Shown: positions 52,013 to 61,381 of the stretch, one piece after another
Layout of the letters: every line of letters begins with the position of its first letter
Numbering within the stretch: the stretch's first letter is position 1
Assembly (NCBI GenBank): GCA_965263355.1
Contig: CBDHHL010000056.1
Span: forward strand, 1,632,001-1,696,000
Source of the DNA: Leptolyngbyaceae cyanobacterium
Lineage (GTDB): Bacteria > Cyanobacteriota > Cyanobacteriia > Phormidesmidales > Phormidesmidaceae
Reading direction: 5' to 3'
DNA: 64,000 nucleotides
Program-made: the position numbers and the translations under genes
The notes under the pieces: generated by a model
Database searches by the model: none
Told to the model about the DNA's origin: nothing
Seen by the model: only the letters and a program-made list of their open reading frames with translations

Positions 52013-52846
52013 CTACTTAACAGCAAGGATTGGGAGACTCCAATTGACCTTATGTAATATCCCATATTGCAATATGTCTGAGTCAAAATAGTCAAACTTT
52101 TGAAACCCTGTTGCGTCTAGTTTTTGACTAATGTCATTTCGACAGAAAACACGCATCTCTAAAGTTGTACCTGGACCTCCATGAAACACTAGGTTCTTAT
52201 AAACCTGAAACTCTCCATTTTTAATCTGATTGACCAAAATATATTCTTTTTCTTGGAATTTTATAACTTGATACTCATTCAAATCAGGAAAATGCTCGGT
52301 GGTTTCTTCCTCATTGGTAAACGGTACGGTTAAAACCAAAATCCCACCGGGTTTTAGCAAATTATAAGCACCCTCAAATGCTCTAATAGAAGGTGGTGGA
52401 ACATGTTCAAAGACATCGCTAGAAATAATAAAGTCATACTTTCCAAAATCCTGTTCGGAAGGATTAACAATATCTAAATAAGGTTTTTGATGAAAGAATG
52501 TATTGGTATAGTCAAACTTATTTCTAAGTTCTCGGGCGTAGCCTTCCCAATCACTTAATCCAATACCTTTTATGTTGCTGTTATGGGGAAAATCGCAGAG
52601 AACTAGAGATTTACCAAAAAGATGAAGGCTCAATAAATGGATAATTGATCTCATACGTACCGTTGAGCCACAGTTGACACAAGATTGTACTTCTCTGTCA
52701 ATTTTCTCAGCAGCACAAGTATTGGAGGTTCCACAAATATTACAGATAAATTCTATTTGACCTGAGTCTGTTCCACTTAAAGGCATAGGTCTATTCACAG
52801 AAAATTTTGTTTTTATGCGGCGGAGTAACGCTGTCAGCCTGGACAT
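52013..52846 (-). CDS. Methyltransferase with N-terminal CxxC...CxxC motif
   Basis: CNICG...CVNCG, YDFIISSDVFEHV, LLKPGG. Confidence 0.78.
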   Translation of the reverse strand: MSRLTALLRRIKTKFSVNRPMPLSGTDSGQIEFICNICGTSNTCAAEKIDREVQSCVNCGSTVRMRSIIHLLSLHLFGKSLVLCDFPHNSNIKGIGLSDWEGYARELRNKFDYTNTFFHQKPYLDIVNPSEQDFGKYDFIISSDVFEHVPPPSIRAFEGAYNLLKPGGILVLTVPFTNEEETTEHFPDLNEYQVIKFQEKEYILVNQIKNGEFQVYKNLVFHGGPGTTLEMRVFCRNDISQKLDATGFQKFDYFDSDILQYGILHKVNWSLPILAVK

Positions 52847-52938
52847 AGGAAAGGGGAAATAAGACAATAAACTGCAGTATAATTGCGCCAAATTATTTTA
52901 ATTACTAAATAGCACTTAGTTTGTGAAAACTACTTTTC

Positions 52939-53742
52939 CTAATTCCTGCTAATCATATGTGTCATTTCCTTCAAAAGTACATTAAATCTTCCTAGAGCAA
53001 AATCATACAGTTCCATATCAAGCAAATTTTCTGCCAAAATATCTTTGTAGAGTTCATTACCCAGCAATTCTCTAACTTTTATGACTTCTTCTGAATCAGA
53101 GGTATAGCTGTGGTTTGTGACATTTACTTTAATAGGGCTCCAATCGACCTCAGGAAAATAGTCTTTATAATGATGTTTAAAAAGGGATAAAGAATCATTA
53201 AATCGTCTCACGATCCCAAAAATTTGCCAATCAACTAAAACTTTTTTTGCCTGTTCTAAATGCTCTCTCACAGGCTTGTCAGGTTTGAAAGATGCATTTG
53301 ACAGATACATAACTTGAAAGTTTTTGATAACTTTTCGACCTCCAAGATTATTTTCTAAAGCCCACTTTATATAACCTGGGAAACCTTGCTCTACAGCAAT
53401 CAGATGATTTGGTTGAGAGCTATCTCTTTTTACAAACTCATAGACAGAACGTATCCTATCAATTGGATGCCTCAAAAATACTATTGGGTAACAGTAATCA
53501 AACGGTAATGGCGGACGGGCTTGATGGCTAGAAACTGCTTTGACATCCTGATTCAGCTCTAAAAAATCACCGAGTTCTTTTGAACTCAAAACATTAGACG
53601 CTTTTGAAGAATCAAAAGCTTTCCACTTTTGCTTAAAACTTTTTCTCAGAATTCGATCAACAGAAGAGCCGGCATTTTTAAATAGATGGTAATGAACTAA
53701 TACTTTGCGATCGCACCCTTGTTTTTGAAACATACACACCAA
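52939..53742 (-). CDS. Sulfotransferase family 2 protein
   Basis: 5'-PSB HLFKNAGSSV and 3'-PB FLRHPIDRIRSVY. Confidence 0.85.
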   Translation of the reverse strand: MVCMFQKQGCDRKVLVHYHLFKNAGSSVDRILRKSFKQKWKAFDSSKASNVLSSKELGDFLELNQDVKAVSSHQARPPLPFDYCYPIVFLRHPIDRIRSVYEFVKRDSSQPNHLIAVEQGFPGYIKWALENNLGGRKVIKNFQVMYLSNASFKPDKPVREHLEQAKKVLVDWQIFGIVRRFNDSLSLFKHHYKDYFPEVDWSPIKVNVTNHSYTSDSEEVIKVRELLGNELYKDILAENLLDMELYDFALGRFNVLLKEMTHMISRN

Positions 53743-53769
53743 TTTATACTAGAGTGATTACTCAACAAG

Positions 53770-56094
53770 TTAATCAATTAGTCTTGCCAAAATATTTGAA
53801 ATCTTGGGCGACAACTTATCTGGAGAAAATTTCTCTTTTGCTGTATCTACACTATTCCTGGAAAGTACCTGCCAATCTTCTTCAGAATAGTATAATTTGA
53901 TAATACGGTTTGAAAAATCATGAACATCATCAGCAATCGAGACATTCAAACCATCCACTAAGTCCATCCCTTCAACGGCAATTGAAGTTGCAACAACAGG
54001 CACGCCAAAACTTAGACTAGACACAATTTTACCCTTCATCCCTGCACCATATCTTAATGGAACAACAGAGAGCTTTACTCTTTCAAAGAGTGTATGAAGC
54101 TCAGGAATAAAACCTTCTACCAAAATATCGTCTGAAGCCAATGACTGGATCTGCTCAGGAATATTAGACCCGGCAATGATAAATCGACAATCCGGCAAAC
54201 CTTTCTTAACCAAACCCCAAATATCAGCAATGAAGTGTTCAACGGCATCAATATTGGGAGTATGGGCAAATCCACCTAAAAAACAAATATCTTTTCGAGC
54301 ATGAAAATTATTTTTCGGGCCTGGTACATGATGCATAATTGGTACAACATCAGTTTTAGCAAATGGAAGATATTGCTTAACCACTTTTTCTTCTTCACCG
54401 GTCACTAAAAGTGTGAGGTCAGCCTCTTCAATAATTCCTAACTCTTCTTTTTTTAAGGCCTCAAGATAACGCTTATTTTCTTCTGAAGTTTTATTGTTAA
54501 GAGTATACTCTCGAGCCTGTCTTAGAAAATGTAAATCTACTGTATTAAAAATAACTTTTGCCTGCGGTGCATACGTCTTTATATCTTCAATAGTTTTAGA
54601 AGCAACCGTAACACGTGACAAAACCACTACATCAAGGTACTCGCCATATACTTGTAGATAATCAGTCAAAGATTTCAAATAGGGCTGATACCAGCATTGA
54701 ATCCCCAAACGTTGCAAACTCTCAGTGTACTCACCCATATGTCGCTGATTGAAAAATGGAATAAACGTGATTCCCCAACCCTGATCATGGGCGCTTTTAA
54801 GAAAATTAAAGGCATATACTGACCCAGCATCCTGATCAGGCGTCAGCGTTAAGGCATCTATCCATAACAGCGTGTGTTTTTTGTATGGTCCCCAGACAGA
54901 AAACATCGACGATTTAGGCTTTGGCCTTCGAACCAACTCATGCTTCCATCTATCCTGAAACTTAGGCTGATTGATCCGCTGATACTTTTTCACGCCTGAG
55001 GTTAAATCAGTGCCCGAACTAACACCTTCAAAATGAATTGCTTTTGAAAAAGGGGTATAAACTACCTTGTAGCCATTTTCCCTAACTCGAAATGCTAGAT
55101 CAGTATCCTCATAGTAAGCAGGTTTATAAAGCTCATCAAACCCGCCAAGCCGATTCCAAAGGTCTTTTGAAATAGCTAGAGAAGCGCCAGAACAGTAATC
55201 AACCTCCCGGATGAAATTATATTTACAATCCTTGGGATTATCTTGACGACCATAGTTCCATCCTGATGCATCTTCAAAGACAAACCCACCTGCTTCTTGC
55301 AACTTCCCGTCTGCATATAGCAACATGGAACCGACTAATCCAACCTGCTTATCGTTGATTAAAGGATCTAGTAATTCTGATAACCAATCAGAAAATGGTG
55401 CTGTGTCATTATTTAGAAAAATAATATGCTTACCTTGAGCAAGCCTTGCCGCATTATTACAGTTAAGTAAAAAACCAAGATTTTTAGCATTACGGACATA
55501 GGTCAAACCATCGATTAAGGATGTAAGATTCTGGGTTGCATCAGTAGAATGATCATCAGCTAAAATCACCTCAAAGGTATAGTTCGTTTCCTGAAAAGAT
55601 AGCGCTTTCAAACAACGCAGAGTATATCTAACTTTATTGAATACTGGGACTATGATCGTTGCATCTGGACAATCAAATGTTTGAAACGAGATCGATTTAG
55701 CTTCGCGTTTAGCTTCATCAACAATTGATGTTTTTTTCAGAAGCTCTTTAGCATTTTTGCTGAGATGAAATGCTTTAGGTGGTAACGTCGAACGCCCTTC
55801 ATTTCTGCCATATAAGAAGTAATGAACTAATGGATTGATTCCCGATGCCCTAACATCTGGGTTACTATCTAAGTAATACTTTGTGTTAAAAGAAGGACTC
55901 GGATCGCGATTTTCTTTTACACCAAACTTCAAATAGTGAAGCAAAGGATCAACCCCGGCTTCAGCAACATCCACATATTTCTCAAGATAGTAATCACTAT
56001 CAAACAAATCACTTGCCCGAAGCCCTGAAATCGCCTTGCCAAATTTACGAATTCGGAGTATCTTTAGCAACCTTTTAATTGTTTGAAGAAGCAA
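53770..56094 (-). CDS. GT2 plus GT4 bifunctional glycosyltransferase (paralog B) with N-terminal repeats
   Basis: Same body as 48423-50534. N-terminal FDSDYYLEKYVDV...PLLHY / FNTKYYLDSNPDV...PLVHY repeats. AAGGAG ribosome-binding site and TTG start. Confidence 0.9.
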   Translation of the reverse strand: MLLQTIKRLLKILRIRKFGKAISGLRASDLFDSDYYLEKYVDVAEAGVDPLLHYLKFGVKENRDPSPSFNTKYYLDSNPDVRASGINPLVHYFLYGRNEGRSTLPPKAFHLSKNAKELLKKTSIVDEAKREAKSISFQTFDCPDATIIVPVFNKVRYTLRCLKALSFQETNYTFEVILADDHSTDATQNLTSLIDGLTYVRNAKNLGFLLNCNNAARLAQGKHIIFLNNDTAPFSDWLSELLDPLINDKQVGLVGSMLLYADGKLQEAGGFVFEDASGWNYGRQDNPKDCKYNFIREVDYCSGASLAISKDLWNRLGGFDELYKPAYYEDTDLAFRVRENGYKVVYTPFSKAIHFEGVSSGTDLTSGVKKYQRINQPKFQDRWKHELVRRPKPKSSMFSVWGPYKKHTLLWIDALTLTPDQDAGSVYAFNFLKSAHDQGWGITFIPFFNQRHMGEYTESLQRLGIQCWYQPYLKSLTDYLQVYGEYLDVVVLSRVTVASKTIEDIKTYAPQAKVIFNTVDLHFLRQAREYTLNNKTSEENKRYLEALKKEELGIIEEADLTLLVTGEEEKVVKQYLPFAKTDVVPIMHHVPGPKNNFHARKDICFLGGFAHTPNIDAVEHFIADIWGLVKKGLPDCRFIIAGSNIPEQIQSLASDDILVEGFIPELHTLFERVKLSVVPLRYGAGMKGKIVSSLSFGVPVVATSIAVEGMDLVDGLNVSIADDVHDFSNRIIKLYYSEEDWQVLSRNSVDTAKEKFSPDKLSPKISNILARLID

Positions 56095-56248
56095 AATGGT
56101 TCGTACTCCTTTACTAAAACTTAGACTAGATTCTAAGCAAAACCCAGTATAGGAAACACCTAAATATTAATACAATACTGGACTCTATCCTGTATAAATT
56201 TAACCGAGGATAAAAAAATCAGGATATTTCTATAATCATTGTCATATC

Positions 56249-57247
56249 CTATGAAAGATAACGTTTTAGAGACTGACTGAGCCTCCAAAATTTGTTCATC
56301 TGAATCTCTTCCAAAGTACTAAGAGTGCTTTGAAGATGTAGCTGGGTCTCGCGTAATTTTGATTCTGTGTCCTGCAGCTTTGATTCTGTGCCCTGCAGTT
56401 TTGACTCTGTGTCCTGCAGCTTTGATTCTGTATTCTGCAACTTTAACTGCAGTTCTTGTAAATCTAAAGTAACCTGATTCAAAGCTTCTTTATTACGGCT
56501 ATTTTCCTGACGAAGAAATTCATGTTCACGCCCTAGAGACCAAGGGTATGCTCGAACTACAAATTGCAATATTTCAGACGTTCTATCTTCAGAAATAAGT
56601 CTCAATAAATCAGGTGAGTAAAGCTTTTCATTAATCTTAGGTATTAAAGGCGAATCTGTTGACCAAGGAAGATATGTATGTTCTTCAGTTTCTATAAAAA
56701 AACCGGCTTTTCTAAATAGTTGAAAAACCGATTCTCTAGTGAAAAATCTTAAATGCGTGTCATCCAGTATTCCTAGATTAGCATAGTCAAATCGCCCTTC
56801 AAGTAAGGCTAATCTCACTGCACCATGAGCAATATTAGGAATAGATGCAATCACATATCCTTCTGGCTTTAGATTTTTCTTGATACTTTCTAGTAAAGAC
56901 CAAGGATCCTTTAGGTGCTCTAAAACATCGCCAAAGGTAACTACATCAAACTGCTCATCTTTGAGCAGTGATTCGGCACTTTCATTATCGAGATCAGCAA
57001 CAATTACTCGCTCACAATATTGTTCAGCTTCTTTAGCTGCTGCTGGGTTAATGTCAATACCAACTACAGAACAATTCTTGTCTTGAAGTAGCTTGGCAAA
57101 ATACCCTGTGGCACAGCCCAAGTCTAATACTTTATTGTTGGGAGAAATCAGAGACAACATTTTATCTAAACTACTTCCCTTTAGTCTAGATTTGTCTACT
57201 TTTAGCAGATTAGGATAATTCTTATAAAAACTTCCCTGGCCACCCAT
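56249..57247 (-). CDS. SAM methyltransferase with C-terminal coiled coil and amphipathic tail (WbdD-like architecture)
   Basis: VLDLGCATG, DVLEHL, LDDTHLRFFT, heptads (LQDTESK)n, tail FWRLSQSLKRYLS. Confidence 0.8.
   Translation of the reverse strand: MGGQGSFYKNYPNLLKVDKSRLKGSSLDKMLSLISPNNKVLDLGCATGYFAKLLQDKNCSVVGIDINPAAAKEAEQYCERVIVADLDNESAESLLKDEQFDVVTFGDVLEHLKDPWSLLESIKKNLKPEGYVIASIPNIAHGAVRLALLEGRFDYANLGILDDTHLRFFTRESVFQLFRKAGFFIETEEHTYLPWSTDSPLIPKINEKLYSPDLLRLISEDRTSEILQFVVRAYPWSLGREHEFLRQENSRNKEALNQVTLDLQELQLKLQNTESKLQDTESKLQGTESKLQDTESKLRETQLHLQSTLSTLEEIQMNKFWRLSQSLKRYLS
56358..56441. repeat. 4 x 21-bp tandem repeat encoding heptads
   Basis: Unit TTTGATTCTGTGTCCTGCAGC with minor variants. 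Confidence 0.92.
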
Positions 57248-57379
57248 CTGTAAAAACCAAACTGCTACAGCTTATAGTAGCCTACAAAGAAATCAAACCA
57301 TAAATTTCGTTAGCTATGGCTTCAAAGCTGGAAAATCAAGTAAAACTTAGAGAATTACTAGCTTGAAGAGTTGTAACCC

Positions 57380-57970
57380 TTAAGTTGTCAAAAGCCAATG
57401 TGCTAGCGAGATCTTGGCCTGATGTATAATCCCAAGTTTCTTCTTTGAAGCGATCAGGACCGAATCATGCCAAGCATTACTACTATCACGGTAACCTTCC
57501 TCATCATCCCACTGTGTATATACCTCTACAGGATGCAGACCAGAAAACTCAGCTAGTGCCGTAAACCCATCAGGATAAAACCGCCAGCAATCTACAGGAT
57601 AACGATGCTCAAACCCAGAAGATGGAGCGATAATACAGCATAGTCCAGAATCTTTTAGCACCCTACGAATTTCAAGGGCTGTCAACCAGAAAAACTCAAT
57701 ATGCTCGAAGGCTTGACCTGAAATTACAACATCTACTGAATTAGAAGGTACTTGCGTCCAGCGATAAGGACTTGGCAAAACCAGATCAACATTTTTGCCT
57801 GGGGCTGCATCTACACCAACATATTGCCACCCAGGAACATCAAAAATAGGCTTGTAACTACCGTTAACGTCCTGACTGCCTAAATCCATTATCTTGATTT
57901 TTTTACCCTCTAAAGCATTGAGATACTTTTCCTTAAATGCTTTCATTTTTTTCAAAGAACTCTGATGCAT
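57380..57970 (-). CDS. Class I SAM methyltransferase
   Basis: MDLGSQDVNG, ISGQAFEHI, HRYPVDCWRF. AAGGAGG ribosome-binding site before ATG 57970. Confidence 0.85.
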   Translation of the reverse strand: MHQSSLKKMKAFKEKYLNALEGKKIKIMDLGSQDVNGSYKPIFDVPGWQYVGVDAAPGKNVDLVLPSPYRWTQVPSNSVDVVISGQAFEHIEFFWLTALEIRRVLKDSGLCCIIAPSSGFEHRYPVDCWRFYPDGFTALAEFSGLHPVEVYTQWDDEEGYRDSSNAWHDSVLIASKKKLGIIHQAKISLAHWLLTT

Positions 57971-58184
57971 TAAAATACCTCCTTTAAAAACACTTCGGAT
58001 CAAGATAGAGTTTAGTATAAAATCGTTACATATATGTATATAGTGCCTTTTTAGAAAGCCTGTTTCTAGGAATTAGCTACGGTAAAGATATATAGAATAT
58101 AATAAATACTTATTTCAAAGAAGTTTTGCCAACTATTCAAACTTTGAAGAATAAGATTTTAAAATTGACAGAATGTGAGATGCT

Positions 58185-58210
58185 TTTGATTTGATTGGAA
58201 TCAAATCAAA
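58185..58210. repeat. 12-bp perfect inverted repeat just downstream of wzt
   Basis: TTTGATTTGATT-GG-AATCAAATCAAA. Confidence 0.7.
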
Positions 58211-58234
58211 TTTTAAAAGAGAAAATTAAGCTAT

Positions 58235-59539
58235 TCAAAATGATGATATGACAACTGGAAGATAAACCATTCCATGAATTTTCTTCCCATCCTTAGGAGG
58301 TAAAATCTCAAATATAGTAGCGTTATCAATCCAGTCTGAAGTTACCTTCCCATAGCTTTCAGCGACAGCTACAGTAAGACTATAAGAAGTTGGTTTTAGG
58401 GGCAAATTTAGTTCAAAGTTGATAGTTTTTTCGCTTGTAGGCTCCAAATAGCTCAATTGAAAGCCCTCTTGCTTTGTGTTGGAAGCAACTAATTCATTGC
58501 CATTTTTATCACATATTTGAAAACCCACAATATAGTTTTCTATATATTGATTAGCTCTAACTTTTACTAATATTTTGACCCTCTCATTAAACTCTATCGA
58601 TGCATTTTTACTTACTACAGTACCATCGGTCTTTAAAATCTTTACCTCCTTAATGACCAACTGTTGGTTGCCTCTTCTAAAAGAACTTGGAAGAGTTTTT
58701 AAGACTTTTATTTCTTTAGTACTTTGGTTGTTAGTATTTCTATTTCCATCAAGTTTATTTGCTTCTTCAGACGAAATAGCAGAGGTTTGGGCTGATTTTA
58801 TGTCTTCATCTGCAAGGCGTTTCATATAATCAGCAAGAACTGCTTCTGGAACACCACAGGTTTGAATACTGCCTCGCTCTATCAAAAATGACCAATTGCA
58901 TAGAGTTTTGACACTAGTGGCGTTGTGAGAAACAAACAGTGTTGTGACACCTGCGTTCATAAGATTACGCATACGTCTCGCGCATTTATGTTGAAAATAC
59001 ACATCTCCAACGCCAAGAACCTCGTCAACAATTAACACATCAGGACTAGCGCTGCTGGCTACTGCAAAGGCTAATCTTGCTCTCATTCCACTTGAGTAAC
59101 TCTTTACTGGTTGCTCTAAGAAATCACCAATGTCGGCAAAGGCAACAATATCTTCAAAACGCTCTTCGATTTCCGTGTGGCTTAGCCCTAACAAACGCCC
59201 ATTAAAAAAAACATTTTGCCGACCAGTAAACTCAGGATTAAATCCACTACCTAGCTCTAACAACGCTGATACTCGACCATTCACCTGTACCGTACCCGAA
59301 GTTGGTTGTAGCGTGCCTGTGATGATCTTCAGTAGCGTACTCTTGCCAGCACCATTACGGCCTACAATGCCCCAGGTTTCTCCTCGGGGTATTTCCAAGG
59401 AAATATCCTTAAGCGCCCAAAATTCCTGTGCATAGCTTTTGCCTGGCAAGATAATTTCTTTCAAACGATCTACGGGTCTTTTGTAACGCTTAAAAACTTT
59501 AGAAATACCCTTTAGCGAAATGGCGGTCTCTACTGACAT
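58235..59539 (-). CDS. wzt: Polysaccharide ABC exporter ATPase with C-terminal carbohydrate-binding domain
   Basis: FWALKDIS, GRNGAGKST, YSSGMRARLAFA, LIVDE, plus a ~150-aa beta-rich C-terminal extension. Confidence 0.93.
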   Translation of the reverse strand: MSVETAISLKGISKVFKRYKRPVDRLKEIILPGKSYAQEFWALKDISLEIPRGETWGIVGRNGAGKSTLLKIITGTLQPTSGTVQVNGRVSALLELGSGFNPEFTGRQNVFFNGRLLGLSHTEIEERFEDIVAFADIGDFLEQPVKSYSSGMRARLAFAVASSASPDVLIVDEVLGVGDVYFQHKCARRMRNLMNAGVTTLFVSHNATSVKTLCNWSFLIERGSIQTCGVPEAVLADYMKRLADEDIKSAQTSAISSEEANKLDGNRNTNNQSTKEIKVLKTLPSSFRRGNQQLVIKEVKILKTDGTVVSKNASIEFNERVKILVKVRANQYIENYIVGFQICDKNGNELVASNTKQEGFQLSYLEPTSEKTINFELNLPLKPTSYSLTVAVAESYGKVTSDWIDNATIFEILPPKDGKKIHGMVYLPVVISSF

Positions 59540-59701
59540 ATGAAACAACTGGAATTTACTTCAAACCAATACTGCTATGCATAGAGTGACCCATGATGTT
59601 GCTGCCAATAAACTCTAAATCGACATGTAGTTACTTCGGTATACATTAAGTAGCCAGTAAACGGCTTTAGAACATTAGCTACTACATAGGGTATTTAGCT
59701 C

Positions 59702-60430
59702 CTATTTACGAGCTACCAAAACGATTCGCGACATATTTTCATTGAGGAACTTGGGAGACACCTTGAGGAGTTCCTGTATATCTGAGAATCCAACCAATTC
59801 GAGATTCTTTTTTAATACAGAGGTACTCAAAGCCCAAAAATTTGTCTTATCGTTATTTTGCATGTACATGAAGTAACAAATGTTTTCATCACTCGGATGA
59901 TCATAAACTTGAGTTTCTAATGCAAGATAGCCACCTTTTTTAAGATTTTCATAAGTAGTACTTAATGATAAAAGCGGATTTCGCAAATGATATAAAGTTC
60001 CGAAGTGAAGAACGATATCAAAGCCATCTTTATTTGAGTATGTCTCAGCGCTTTCTAGCAAATATTCATTATCCAAATTAGCAATTTTTGATAGCAACGT
60101 TGAAACTTCAATATGCCTAGGTAAAACATCAATGCCAATAGCATGCATATTATATGTGGTCGATAAATAAATCGAATTATGACCTGAGTTGCATCCTATA
60201 TCTAAAACGCGACCACCTTCAAATGATGCGAAAGGAATGGCTTTTTCAACAACTTTGATTTTCTGCAAAGTATTGTGGGTAAAAGGAGTTCTTTGTTCAA
60301 AATCCTTAGTTGATAATCCATTACTGAAATCTACCCTATGGCCCCAGGGAGCATTTTTTTCTAGAATATGCGCTAATTCCAATTGGGAATACTTGGTATC
60401 CAGTTTTAACTCTAGACTTTCTGACATCAT
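59702..60430 (-). CDS. Class I SAM methyltransferase (CmoB/DUF1698-like)
   Basis: GRVLDIGCNSG, FDIVLHFGTLYHLRNP. Confidence 0.8.
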   Translation of the reverse strand: MMSESLELKLDTKYSQLELAHILEKNAPWGHRVDFSNGLSTKDFEQRTPFTHNTLQKIKVVEKAIPFASFEGGRVLDIGCNSGHNSIYLSTTYNMHAIGIDVLPRHIEVSTLLSKIANLDNEYLLESAETYSNKDGFDIVLHFGTLYHLRNPLLSLSTTYENLKKGGYLALETQVYDHPSDENICYFMYMQNNDKTNFWALSTSVLKKNLELVGFSDIQELLKVSPKFLNENMSRIVLVARK

Positions 60431-60475
60431 TACTCCTGGTGTTTATTATTTGAAAATATCCTACCTAAGCCACTG

Positions 60476-61366
60476 TTACAATACATCTGCAAAAGCGGGA
60501 CGAAGCTTTTGATAAGTCAGGTGGCCCAACAAACACACAAAACTCGATACTGCTGTTGCGATCGCCCACACCTGCCAATGGCTAATGGCACCAACTAAGA
60601 CCACATCCCGATGCATTTCGACAATAGCGGCTAGTGGATTGAACCAAAACACTAAGGTCCGGATAGGCTCAGGAATCAACTCCGCTGGATATAAAATTGG
60701 TGTGGCATAAAACCACAAGTTCAAGATAATTCCAAACAGCTGAGGAATATCCCGCAGAAAAACAGTCAATCCTGCTGTGAAATAGGCTAGCCCAACTGTC
60801 AGCAACAACTGGGGCAACCAAACTAACGGTAATAGGAATAATGTACTATGCAATACCTGACCAGTAAGGGCTACAAAACACGTCAGGGCCATTAATCCCA
60901 ATGTACTTTCTAAAAAAGCTACGAGTACGGGGACCAACGGTAAAAGCTCTAATGGAAAAACCACTTTGGTGACCAGGTTTGGTTTCTGAATAACCACCCG
61001 CATTGCTTGAATGAGTCCGGTATTAAAGGTAGTCCACGGAAGTAATCCTGCAAATAACCAAAGACCAAAGGTGAAATTCGTATTGCCGCCTGGTAACCCT
61101 TGGGCGCTGAGTTTAACATTAAGCACCACTGAAAACACATAGGTGTATATCAGTAACTGAGCTATTTGCCGTACTAAGCCCCATACGTTGCCAAGCATAG
61201 ACCCTTTGTAGCGAGTATCTAAATCTCTCTGTACTAGCGTTTTCAATAAATCCAGCTTTTTCCAATGAGATTCATTGAACGGGACTACAAGCCTAAGATA
61301 TTTCACCTGCCCCCATGCCATTTGTGTTAATCGCTTGAAAGATGTCTTGACGGATTTCAACACCAC
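60476..61366 (-). CDS. wzm: Polysaccharide ABC exporter permease
   Basis: RDLDTRYKGSMLG, FYATPILYP, NPL, FADVL. Start uncertain. Confidence 0.92.
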   Translation of the reverse strand: MVLKSVKTSFKRLTQMAWGQVKYLRLVVPFNESHWKKLDLLKTLVQRDLDTRYKGSMLGNVWGLVRQIAQLLIYTYVFSVVLNVKLSAQGLPGGNTNFTFGLWLFAGLLPWTTFNTGLIQAMRVVIQKPNLVTKVVFPLELLPLVPVLVAFLESTLGLMALTCFVALTGQVLHSTLFLLPLVWLPQLLLTVGLAYFTAGLTVFLRDIPQLFGIILNLWFYATPILYPAELIPEPIRTLVFWFNPLAAIVEMHRDVVLVGAISHWQVWAIATAVSSFVCLLGHLTYQKLRPAFADVL

Positions 61367-61381
61367 AGGATTCTCAAATCT

